The notes under the pieces were generated by a model that saw nothing but the letters and a program-made list of their open reading frames with translations, was not told where the DNA came from and searched no databases. Positions 11,861 through 25,413 of a DNA stretch of 64,000 nucleotides are shown piece by piece (position 1 is the stretch's first letter; every line of letters begins with the position of its first letter). The position numbers and the translations under genes are program-made. Origin of the DNA: the human T2T-CHM13v2.0 reference genome, Homo sapiens; the NCBI RefSeq assembly GCF_009914755.1, contig NC_060942.1; one strand, written 5' to 3'.

Positions 11861-13560
11861 CAGTCAGCCCGCCAGGCTTTTCCTCAGAGCTGGACCTACA
11901 CAAAATGCCCCCTTAGAGAATGAGGACTTTCTTACTTCTGTGAAGAGATGTGAATTGAAGAACATGATGACCTAAACTCTTCACTGGGTCGTTCAGGGTA
12001 GAAAAACTTAAGGGTGATCGGCATAGATAATAACCAATGTACTAAATAATGATGCAAGACCCAGAAACTAAATTCATTTTGTCCTTAACTAAAATTTGAA
12101 TTTGTATTCATTTAAAATTCTTCTTGATGGTATCTTTGTTAAATAATTGTTCTGGTCCCTTATATCTCCTCGCTATATCTTGTCATTTCCTAGTATTTTA
12201 ACAATCTCAAATTAGATAAAATATCTATTCTCATTCAGATTTCATCTAACATGCCGTTTAATTATATACATATGTAACATATATATTCTGGTTTTAGTAA
12301 ATGGGGTAAATTTGTGGCAGCATACTTAATAGGTTTTTCTGAAACTATTACTAAATTCAGACATATGAAAATATATTGCTTTATTAGTATATAAGAGCCA
12401 ATATCATTTTACTACATATTTTTATAAAAGTATTTCAATATTCATTTTGGAGTTAGAATTTTTGCTTGCTTTGAGTTTAAAACTTGGTCAACTTAGATCT
12501 GTTTTTCTCAATATCAGGTAGCCACAATTTTATCTCCAAGACTAGCAGGAGAAAAGGCCAACATTTGTACCTTTGTGACTCCTGTTTCAGAAAGAGATAC
12601 ATAGTTCTCCTCCCCAAGGAAACACAGTTGTTGGTAATTTGTGAACAATAGCAAAAGGAAGGGAGGAAAGAGGTCAGCGTTGGCTATGTGCTGGCTACGA
12701 CCAGCCCTGCGGGGGGGGTGGGGCAGCATGTTGTCACCTGTCTGGGCTCACGCAGGGCTTCATGTGGAGTGCCGGCTGTCTTCCTCCTGGCTTGGCTACA
12801 GTTTTCATCACGTGCTGGACGCTGCACGCCACCAACATCATTTCACCACCGTCTCAGATCTTTGTTCCTTTGCTCTGCATCTTAGTTCATTTCGCTTACC
12901 TCACTAATGACCTCACTGAGTGATACAAGCCCTACTTTCAAATAACTCACCCTCTGTTAGAGGAGTGAGCAGATGACAACATAAAACATGCCAAATGCAA
13001 GGATACATTGCACTCCGTAAGAATCCAAGGGATGGCAGCTCTCCTAGCCAGACGGCCGCAGGAAGGCAGTGCCCATTGGACTATATGCAAAAGAGAAATG
13101 ATGAATGCACCTCATGAAAAACGGAGATAGACTGCACCCCATGAAAATGCACCCCATGAAAAATGGGGAAGGATCATAGAGACAAAGAAGTAACTACTGT
13201 ACCTATGATACAAATCAAATGCATAAACCTGACTAAAAGCATGAGGTGTCAAGAAATGACACATGGAGCTGGAGAATGTGATGATGGATTTTCACTCTGA
13301 TGGGCTTTCCCGTGGCTGTGAAGAAAACATATCTGAGCAGCAGAGGCTGAAGTCCTCCTGGCCATTTGGAGGCTTGTTTTAGGAATCGCCTAATTGGCAA
13401 TAGCTTCAACGGGGATGGTGTCTTCCAGAGAGAAAAAGAAAGACAGACTGGATAAAAATTTCAAGAGGAAAAATGGAAGGGCATTGAGTATATGCAGCCA
13501 AAGGCAAGCTGAGAAGCCAGGGCAGGTGTAAGGGCCAAGGCGGATGCCCAGAGAGGAAGT

Positions 13561-13784
13561 ACTCATCAATGGGAGGATGCACATCCAGGTCAGAGGATGT
13601 CAAGAGCTCATCAAAGGGAGGACATAGATACAGGTCTGAAGGTGTCAAGAGCTCATCAATGGGAGGACGTACATCCACGTCTTAAGGTATCAAGAGCTCA
13701 TCAATGGGAGGACACACATCCAGGTCTGAAGTTGTCAAGAGCTCATCAACAAGAGGACGTGTGACCTGGTCTGAAGGTGTCAAG
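13561..13784. repeat. 45-bp tandem repeat, 5 diverged copies
   Basis: Unit gctcatcaatgggaggacNNacatccaggtctgaaggtgtcaaga, starting at 13561, 13606, 13651, 13696 and 13741. Confidence 0.93.
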
Positions 13785-14469
13785 TTTGAAGTTGTGAAGA
13801 TGGAGGTGACAGTGACAGATGGTGAATGGTGGAGGACCCTGAAGCTTGGAGGAGGGGTCTAGGCCCCATTTGTGAGCAATCGCCAAATGGAGGAAGACAG
13901 ACCCCAGCAAAGTGGGTAAGTGACTAGACCCTCTCAGGAGATGATTCCATAGGAGGAGGTCAAGGGACAAAGAAGAAGAGGGGAGGAAGGCCAGTGGCTC
14001 GTTCTTGCCCGAAGTGCAGGCAGTGGAGGTGCCATGAAAGATGACCAATGAAGCTTGAGAAGAAAATGAGCAGTCCACAAAGTCAGTGGAAGCTCAGCCT
14101 TGGAGAAGTTCCACTGGGAAAGGGAGGAGAGACAGATGGATAGCTAGGGTGGCATGTGCAGTTCAGGGGGGGGTTTCTTTGGAGATAGGTGGGAGAGAAC
14201 TCAACAAACAGGCTAAAATCAGAGAGTCAGCAGGGAATGCAGTGCTGGTAATCGCTAAGTCACCTTCAGAGCTAAGGGGCTGGACTTAGAAGGGCCCCTG
14301 CAATGTAGGCAGTACACTTCCCAGATGGAGTTGCAGGAAGGGGTGGGCACCCTGAACACAGGGGCAGCTGTGACTGTGAGGTGGGCAAGAGTGTCAGTGC
14401 ACAGTTGCCTGCTGGCTTCACTTCCCTCAATTACATAAAAGACAGACTGATTTTAAAAATGAGTGATGG

Positions 14470-14826
<357 letters not shown>

Positions 14827-14998
14827 TTAGCTTGAGAGTGATGGGTGAGCTAACCAAGCAAAGACATGGAAAGAATTAAGGATGGAATGGAGAGCTCACT
14901 GGCATGGGTGAGTTCATTCACAGTGGACTTTGTCCAGGGCGGAGACTTTACGTGGTTCAGGGCATTCTCCAGTACCATTTGTCACCAGAGCAGATTGC

Positions 14999-15635
14999 GG
15001 TGGTGGGAGGAAACTCATGCTCCAGGAAGATGCCCCACCACCTGTGTTGTGCTGCCATGCTGCACCTTGGAATATGTTGCCTTCCATGGAAAAGGAGACT
15101 TTGCAGATGTAATTAAGGTTACTTATCAGTTGACCTTAAAATAAGGTTTATCCTTGGTTATTTGGGTGGGCCCAATGTAACCACACACACCCTCAAAAAG
15201 GTGGACAGAAAACAAAGAGATGCAGCAGAAGAAGTCAGATTTGAGGCGTGCAGTGCATGTGACACTGGCTGAAAGGTGAAAAGCACCTGGCCATGAGCCA
15301 GGGAATGAAGGTGGGATCTGGAAGCTCAAGAGGAACCAAGCTGACCACAGTCCCACAACTGCATGGAAGCAAATTCCATGAATTTGGAATAAACAAGTCC
15401 AATGAGTTTGGAATAAACCCAGCAGTGGATTCTCCACCAAACTCCAGATTAGAGTTCAGGCCAGCCAACACTTCCACTTTAACTTTGAAACCCTGAGGAA
15501 AGAATCCAGCCACTCCATGCAGGACCTCTGACCTTCTGAACTCTGACCCACAGCACTGCAAGGTAAGACATCTGTGTTGTGTTGAGTTGATAAATTTGCA
15601 GTGATTTTTTACAACAGAAACAGAGAATGAACACA
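14999..15635 (+). mobile_element. MaLR LTR, MLT1D/E-like
   Basis: ggaaaaggagactttgcagatgtaattaaggttac...ggtgggcccaatgtaaccaca...taaatttgcagtgatttttt are typical MLT1 blocks. Confidence 0.8.
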
Positions 15636-16199
15636 ATACCTTTTGTGAAGATGAGTGACTATTACATTAATCTAGTATTGGAGTTTCTCTATGTGGAGAT
15701 GAGGAATTGATAGATGCAGGTGAGTTTGGGGTGCAGTTGAGTGTGATGAGGACAACCAACCTGTGGCCCAGGTTATGCAGGGAAAAGAGATATGATAGCC
15801 TGGGGAGAACAAGAGCTAGAGATCTCAGTGAGCTGAAGACATGCTCCAGTGAGCTCGAGAGCATATTTCTAAACACCTCCTTTCAGTAGCCCATTTCCCT
15901 AAAGCCAATTCCTATTTTAAAATAGTCCTTGACTCTTAAGGTTCACCAAATCATGTTTGTATTCCTGATTTAGACACTCACACTTCCTCCATATTTGCTT
16001 TCAGACCAGCAGTGTGCTTGCTGCTCTCCATGCTCACCTCCAGCCCGGCTGGTTGTGTAGGTAGAATGCCTGCCTCTAATTCTTCACTCCTCCATAAGAG
16101 CGTTATGAGTCTACATGATGGTGTGGGTATCACAGACACAGAATGGATTTTATGCTTGGTCGTGTGATTTGATTTGTTTATTGCGATATTAGGAGATAC

Positions 16200-16395
16200 G
16201 GTGCAAGCAGAAGCTTAAAATGTGTTTCCATGGTGGGGCTTGAGTTCTAGAAATTCTGCCTTTGCCATGAACAGAAAATACTTGGGTAGCCATTGACCCC
16301 CCAACCACTGGCCCCAGGATGGGACTTGTGAAGCCCGACCACCCCACTGAACCATCTGATGCGTGAGTGTAAAATAAATGCATGCTACCAAAATT
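16200..16395 (+). mobile_element. Old MLT1 LTR fragment
   Basis: gccatgaacagaaaatacttgggtagcca...gatgcgtgagtgtaaaataaatgc resembles the MLT1I-K 3' part. Confidence 0.4.
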
Positions 16396-16724
16396 TGTTT
16401 GTTTTGAAGCAGAAGCTGTCTAATAGTGAGAATATCTTATTGCCCTCTTTCCTTTTTACTTTAGCTCATGATGTCCCCTCTTTCTCTCATACAGAAGATA
16501 TTTTCTTTATTCCTCTTTGGCTCGAAAAATCTTACCCATTCTTCATGTTACAGATCACCTCTTTATCACTGTCCTGAAAGCCATTTTAGCACTAAAATCC
16601 AAAGAAAATGCCTTTGACTGCATATTTTGTTTCTCCCATAAAATTTATGCTTATGCGTTATCTTGTTTGGCCATTAGACTGATTCTATGGGATAAGCAGG
16701 ATAGATAACATTAGATGCACTTGG

Positions 16725-16990
16725 TAAATTACGTGAAAATTGGTGCTCAGAGAAGTTTAGTGACTAAATCTTACTGTAACAAGCAGTAAAGGACATGGAT
16801 AGAGTCTGAATCCAGAACTCAGATTCCAAGTTCTGAGTACTCACAACACACTATGGACTGTCTCCAGGCGAATCACAAACTCCTACAAGGCACAGTCTAA
16901 ATACATTTATGTCTCATAATATTCAGCATAGGGCTTTGCACAGAGCAGATGTTCATTAGGTGCTCATTTGCTGAAATAACATGAATGAAC
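16725..16990. mobile_element. MIR fragment followed by L2 3' end
   Basis: gaaaattggtgctcagagaagtttagtgact is the MIR core. cagcatagggctttgcacagagcagatgttcatt...atgaatgaa is the L2 tail. Confidence 0.55.
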
Positions 16991-17519
16991 ATTAACTCAA
17001 CTCAGCAGCATGTTTTCACCATCCCTGCTGAATGTGGGCTCCTCCATTCATGCTCCTGCCAGCTGAACCTCTGCTTTCTTCCTCTGGACAGAGCGTGCCC
17101 AACTTTCCCTGAAGAAGAGTTGCTCTGGATTTCCATGAAATGGTATTATTACCCACAATGCAAGAGGTTGAAGGGTAGGTGGGTTTTGTCTACCTGCTTT
17201 TCATATTATAATAACTACTTAGATTAACCGTAACTAGTCACCGTTATGTGTTGTCATTAATTTCCCATCTGAATTTTCCGTACCCAGTGAGAGCTGAATA
17301 GATATTACCTGTTGGCTGACAGATGGACCAGCTGACTGATTATATATCTGTGAAACCTGAATTTGGGGAGCTACAGAGACATTTTTCCTGTGATATTTGG
17401 GCTATGATAGAAAAATAACTGATAAACACCACTGTTAGCACTGAATGGTGTCTGTACTCATTGATATTTTACCTATTTGTGTCATTAAAATGATGTATTT
17501 GTCCTTGGTTGCTTTTGTT

Positions 17520-18530
<1,011 letters not shown>

Positions 18531-19908
18531 AAGTTACTTTTTTCTTTTGTTTCATTGACTTCTTTTGACAATCAAATGTTCTGTGCGTTGAATATTCAAC
18601 TAATTTAGCAGTCGCTTGTCTAAAATAATGCTGGTGAAAATAGACCATGTAATTCTCCAAGATCCCATTTGAACCCCATGGTGATGGTTAGATTTACACA
18701 CGTAGGACTACAGGATGCATGGATGGCAAACAGCAAGAGAACCTTTAAAATCCAGCACCTGCCTACTATTTGAGGTTCTGCACATAATGTTCTTGAGCTT
18801 CTGAAATATTTAATACTGTAGGTGGGTCATGGGAGTCTGATTACAGGAAACAGCTTTCCATTTATTTAGTGGTCACTGTTCCTGAAAAAAAAAAATCCCA
18901 AGAAAGGCCATCAAAGTCCATTTCGTGGGTCTTTTGAGGTTCCAGATATTACATTTAAAACTTGACTAAATGGTCCTTTTGAATTACACTTCCCTGAGAA
19001 TGCACAGGAGGTGACACTTTTTCAGGTACGACATCTACCACTATTCTTATATCACTGACTAAAAAATAAGAAGAGCTGGTAGCCATAACTACCGGGCACA
19101 AAAAGGGTAAAACATCGTTAGGGTCCCTTGGTAGATTCTTTGTTGGCAAATATTCTAGTAAATATGAGAGTTGTAAGACCCTCTACTGTATTTTGTATGT
19201 AAATTATATTTTTAGCTAATAACTTCTGTATAATCCTAAGAGTCAGAGTTTCACTTTCAACAGAAGTGGATACGTTTCACATTACAGGAGAAATTTCATA
19301 GCAGCGTCAAATTCATATTAGTTCAGTAAGAAGAAATTTGGCCATGGACAGTAAAAAGAAGAAAGAAAATATGTGTACAAAAAGCACATTTTAATGCTGA
19401 AAACTCAAGAAGGAGTCATGAATCAGACATCCAAACATTCTTCAGGTGAGTCTACAGGCCTTACCCTCCACCTGGTTCAATTCCTGAAATCTAAGCCAGC
19501 GAGAATCTAAATGGCTGACCATCCAGCGCAATTTCCCTTGCAAAAATTCTGAAAGACACAATAACACTGTTGAAGTACATTGAGATCCATCAGGGTCACA
19601 GTTTTCAGTGAATAACAGGAAATGTTAGAATTGCTATGCTTGTAACTATTACTAATGCTATTCCCACCTTCCAGTTTGTCTTTCCTATGAAATGTCTTGC
19701 CTTTTCCCCACTACCTTTCTGCCTCTTCTATTCATCTTTCTGTGAAGGACTTCCTGTGATACGATTTAACTGAACAGAGATTTTGATAAACGTCATGGAA
19801 CTCCTTCCTTAACGTGGAATTTATGTAAAAAGGGTCTTCCTGAAATGGCTGACCCAATCTCCTACTTAATAGAATGCATCTTCTTTTTTTCTTCTTTATT
19901 TTTGGCAG

Positions 19909-20136
19909 GCACACGGAATGCAAAAGAAACGAGTTTTGCTGTATTTTCGTGTCGCATGAAGCATTCATTTCTATTCCTCACAGCTAGCAGCATTTTCTGT
20001 TCAATTAAAGGGAGAACAGCAGCTCACAAAGAAGGCAGCACTTCCTTCCAGAACTTGGAGAAGGAGCTTACAAATTGCTCCATCAAGGCCCGCAGCAGCC
20101 TTGACAGGTTCTTCTTTACTCAGAGTGGGGAGGAAG
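19909..20136 (+). other. Candidate 228-nt exon
   Basis: Strong acceptor ttctttttttcttctttatttttggcag| and strong donor GAAG|gtaagg. Length divisible by 3 with one open frame, but the peptide is not recognisable. Confidence 0.35.
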
Positions 20137-23100
20137 GTAAGGTTTGATATAATACTCTCTTTAAAATCCTGAGTGAATAAAGTAGTCTTGAGAGAAAGTT
20201 TCCAGATATAGATTACCTATAAAAAGAATAAAAGGGATGAGCATTGAAGATTTTTCGTCGCCGTAAACAAATAATTTGTGATCGCTGTACACTCAAACCA
20301 CAAACAGAACCAAGAATTAGAAGTACCCCTAGCTGACCAGCATGTGCGTATATCATCGGTCTGGTGTAATGAAGATTGCCTGATAAAGATCGCAATATGA
20401 CAGTTTTCCTTTTGCCTTGGCTGCTGAACAGCCAGAAACGGTTTTCTGCGGCCGGCCAGCTATTGATCCAGCTCTCTCTTGTCAGTGATGCAGTTAATGG
20501 GAATTCCACAGGCAAATAAAAGCTACATTTTGTCTTCATTTTCATCTGAAATATGAGCTGGTCCTTTGTACTCTAGACAGTCATTTATTACTCATTTTCC
20601 TTTATTGATGTTTATGAGCTGAGGCATAAAATGATTCTCAAATGTAGTTTAATTGAGGCATCGGTTGACACTGTAACCATGATTACCGATGCGCCATCAG
20701 CAGCGTGGAGCCCATGAATCAAGGTTTGCTTTTCATTGGTCTTGGAGGCAGCACGCGGGAGAGAGTATCCTTAGAAAGCAACTGGGCTGGAGCTAAAGAA
20801 ATATGTCGATTTATCTTCATAGGTAGCGAGAGGGAAAGGAGTCTCCCCAGTCCTCATCCGGCAGCCACATAGAGGCCAAGTGTTCCCGGGCACCTGGCAT
20901 CCAACGGCTCGCTTTCCTAGGATGGGAACGTTCTTCTGAAACAGAATCCTATTATTGGTTTTTAAAATATTTTCAGCCTAATGATTAACCTTAAAAATCA
21001 CACGAGAAAGTGCTGCCAGACACAGCCAATACACAGCAAGATGGGGAGGCCCAGTCCTTCAATTCATTCGTAAAATGGTGAGAACAATCAATGCGGGGAG
21101 AAGTATTTTTTATATGCAGTTATTAACTCATAAGCTACAGTATATCTCATCTCATTTCGACAACAGCTGAGGTCTCCATCTCCCCCTGGAGACCCCTGCA
21201 GGTCCCATTATGAGAATCATAAATAATATGTGCTAATGAGATATGAATTGATTATGTTGGAAAAGCTGACATTTTCATCCATCATTCTAAATGATGTTTA
21301 ACAATGGATTACCAGCCAGTAATTCCTCTGATATGAGATTAAATAAAATAGCCGGCTGTTTCAGCAGGCTAGCTCAAGGAGATGGCAATAAATCTGCTCA
21401 ATTACTGTATTACCAATCCGTTTTTCACTGCTAAGGATATTATTATTTCATTTAGACTTGTTCATGCATCATAGATTATTTTATTTCAGGCAGTCAATGG
21501 GAGAAACCGCAGCGTTTTATTCACTGAGCCACGGAGCAGTGGCTTTGCCCGAGTACAGTAAATGTCTCTCCGTGGGCCCCAAACGCCCCGAGGAGAGGCC
21601 ACCCAGCTGCCCCTGGGCTGAATGGGCAACGTGCAAGACACATTTTAGAAAGAAGCATTTTGCTTTTAACCTAATTTTCTTTACTTATCTGAAAAGTCTC
21701 AACCGAAGGATACTGCCTAAGAAACTGATCGATTGAAACAAGATTATTAGATCCTCTAAGATGATTTGGTCTTCATCTCAATCCTGTAGTAGATTGAGAA
21801 TTAGATCACAGGGACTATCCTTTGGCCTGGAAAATTAGATTAGCAGCCACTGCAATACAAAGGGTGGCCTTTCTCCCCTGTGCCCAACAAACAAACAACA
21901 CATACACTCTATTGATGAGAAAAGTGGATTGGCAGGAAGCATTTCCCTGGCCCTCCCAGCATCATTCACCATTTCTGACAACCCTAATGAAGTTTTGTGA
22001 CTGCATTCAGTGATTGTCTATAAGAGTAAAATAAAAGAGGGATGAATTATCCTAAAACTAAGAGTTCATCAATTCATTCCATCATTCATGTAATCCCCCA
22101 TTTATCAGTTGACTAAGGAAGACAAGGTCTGCACCTGCCGAGGGCCAGCCCTGCTTTATGCTGTGGGAGATGAGAGACCCACACCTGCCAAAGGCTCCGC
22201 CAACACTTCACCTGGGCAACTTCAGGTCCTTGCTACCTGCCCTGGCCCCAAGGCCTCACCTGTGCCGGCCTGAGAGGTGGAGCAGCCTCTGACCCCTTCC
22301 CATGCACACAGACAGCAGGATCAGCCTCTTACCTCCTGCTGTGGGGGTTCACAGTGACACAGGCATGACATGACACCTGAGACTCCAATGCACACACAGC
22401 CAGAAGTGTGAGAGAGTCAATGGTACAGGCAAAAGACCTTTGATGGGAGCTGGTGGTTAAATTCCTTTCTCTTCTTACTGCAGACAGACTGCCCTGAGGA
22501 GGCACTTTCATCAGCCTCACCAGGACCAGGTCCAGCGAGACTGAACACTCAGTAACCAGACCCAGCAGAGGCCAGCATGGGGGATGCACACCCATATTGA
22601 GTTCCTCCTCCCTTGCCTCACAACTCTTTCTTCTCACTCATGTGTCCCAGGATTGCACCCCTGAAACAAGAAGTAGCTCCGGAGGTTTTGGTCTGCCTCT
22701 GGTTTCTGCAAATCGCAGGCTAAAGCGATGTGTGAGCCTGGCCAGCAGACCTCCGAGGTGGGTTGTGGAGCTGGGCAATTCCATGGAGCCCCTGTTGCAG
22801 GCGGTGATGCCCTCTCTGAGGATGTGGCAGGACCATTTCTAAGTCAGCATAAAGTACAAGCAGGACACAAGGTATCTGGATATGTGGTAGCAGGTGGTTC
22901 TTGCACGGGCTGAGTCACTGACAGCTGCAGGATAAGATTGAGGAATGAATTGACTGGTAATACGTTTGAATGTCTTGGCAGGTGGAAATGTTAGGCTCAG
23001 AGTAGTCCATTCCCACTCAGACATTCTGAGCAAGCAAGAGATATTGAAGGAGAATGGCAGCTCCGGCAAGGGCAGAGGACGATTCTGAACACGGGGGCCA

Positions 23101-24113
23101 GGACCTTCCCGCAGGCACAGCAAAGGGACTGCAGAGGGAGGGAGCGTGCAGCCTTTTTAGCTCCCTACTCAAAGGACAACCCTGGGTTCTTGACACCTGA
23201 GATGCGGCAGGTGAAGAATCTCCAATGCACAAATTCTTCTAAAGCTCTTGAGTTAGAAGAAAAAAGCTCCCCTAAGATCCTGGCAACTTGTTTTGTTCCA
23301 GTAAGTGCATCAGTGACTGGCAGGATTCTGTCTCGATTTTGTGTAGAAGAGCAATGTTACACTGTATATAAAATACTAAAAATGGGAAATGTTTACTGGC
23401 ATCTCTGATCAATTAGTTGTTGCTCAAAATATTTACACTATATATTTTAATTTTCGTTTTACCTATGAGGAAAATGAGGATCAGAAAAAAAATCCGGCTG
23501 CAAACTATTAAATTAACACATAGCAGAGCTGAAATTTACACCGCTTTTATTTTCTTCTTCCCTTTGTAAATTATTTAATATTATTTCAAGAAATGGAATT
23601 ACACTTTCTACTTCCCAGTACAGTCTTACTCAGTTGTTTTTATGTAAGGACTACTAAAAAACAAAATATTTCACAAGTAGTTGTATTTATGTCTACTGGT
23701 TGAAAAAACGTGAAAATTATGAAGAACTACAGCAAAACTTAATATTTTTACAAATATATATTTTATTAATCACAAAATTTTCACTATGTATGTGATATAT
23801 CATAATAAATATGTATGGAAAGTGTATATTTAGGTAGAAACAAACACATTCTCACTTAGATTTATAAACCTGCTTGCAAAATTCTTTATTGCCAACAGGT
23901 TTTCAACAACCAATTTGGAACATTAGTTCTACCAAGGTATCCCTGTTGTACTTTTTGCCTCTGATACCCTGTAATGCTCCCAGGAATGAAGGTGCTCCCA
24001 GTGGGCAGGAGGGGAGAGGTCTTGGAGGGGTGTTCACTCCCTGGGCTATGGCAGGCATTGCACACAGACATTAGTGTATATATGGATAGTGGGGCTTTGA
24101 TGGCATGGAAGTC

Positions 24114-25040
24114 TGTGTTGATTTATTAGTGGCCTCAAATCTTTATTCCTCTCTTTATTTACACCTTATGTGATATGATTTTGTGTTTTATTTCATGAAA
24201 AAGTCCAAGTCTACTTCCACTCTGTGAAATCTGGGCTGGCCTTGAAGGTTATTTGGCTAAATCTAGAAACACATGAGAATACATGGTATCAAATCTTCAG
24301 ATACTGTCTTGGTGAATTTTGTGTCAACTTGGCTAGATCCTAGTGCTCCACCTTTGTTCAAACACCTTTCTAGATGTTGCTGTTAAGGTATTTGTTAGAT
24401 GTGATTAACATTTAAAATCAGTGGACTTCGAGTAAAATGGATCATGCTCCATAATGTGGGTGGGCCTCGTTCAGTCAGTTGAAGGCATTAAGAAAGAATC
24501 CGACCTGCCCGGAGAGGAGGGAATTCCGCTTCCCACAGCCTTTGGACTCAAGCCTGCAGCATCAAACCTTTCCAGAATGTCCAACCTGCCAGTCTGCCTT
24601 GTAAATTTCCTACTTGCCAACCCTATGATCATGTGAGCCAGTTGCTTAAAAGTCTCTCTCTCACATCCCACTGGGCCCATTTTTATAAACAACTCTAGCT
24701 CCTACAGAACAAAATAACAAGATACAAAATGCAATTCATGCGAAAATAATATTATCTGTGTGTCTGTGCTTCAGGGTCTGTCTGTAAACCTGGAAAGCTG
24801 TTGGGATCCCCTTGCTCAGGCTTCAGGGGGTCCTGGGGGTCTCTGCCTTGCCCTCCTTGTGCCTCTGCTCTCACCTGAGCATGACTGGCCTGGCCTGCTG
24901 GAGGGTAGGTGGCCCAGCCACCCTATCACCCACACACAGTCAGCTCACCTGTGAGTGTGTGATATGGATGAGAACCCAGCGGCACCCAGGGGAATACTCA
25001 GCCAAGTGCAGCCCCCACCAACCCAGTCCACAGCAGAAAA
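24114..25040 (+). mobile_element. MLT1H-like LTR fragments flanking an MLT2
   Basis: 5' piece ...gaaatctgggctggccttg (24114-24290) and 3' piece ...ctgccttgccctccttgtgcctctgc...ggcctgctggag (from about 24760). Confidence 0.5.
24306..24706 (+). mobile_element. MLT2 (MLT2C/D-like) LTR
   Basis: aattttgtgtcaacttggctag...tagatgttgctgttaaggtattt...ctccataatgtgggtgggcctc...tcagttgaaggc...atcatgtgagccag. Confidence 0.85.
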
Positions 25041-25100
25041 TGAGTTCAGTGGGGTCCCATCCTCGTGGAGCTACATTTACATGGAAAACGTCAGTCAGTT

Positions 25101-25173
25101 GACAACATAATTTCTTTTTTTTTTAACTAAGGTTTTTATTTAATGCAAGATATATAGTGAAGTGATCTTCTTT

Positions 25174-25219
<46 letters not shown>

Positions 25220-25413
25220 ATAATTATACTTTAAGTTCCAGGGTACATGTGCACAATGTGCAGGTTTGTTACATATGTATACATGTGCCATGTAAACCAT
25301 CATTCTCAGCAAACTATCGCAAGGACAAAAAACCAAAAACCTCATGTTCTCACTCATAGGTGGGAATTAAACAATGAGAACACTTGGACACAGGAAGACA
25401 ACATAATTTCTTT
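25101..25413 (-). mobile_element. 5'-truncated, inverted L1PA (L1PA2-4-like) insertion with 3' transduction and 17-bp TSD
   Basis: TSD gacaacataatttcttt at 25101-25117 and 25397-25413. L1 3' end on minus at 25223-25293. Inverted L1 3'UTR piece on plus at 25294-25396. Unique 46 bp at 25125-25170 lies between the old tail and the new poly(T). Confidence 0.9.
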
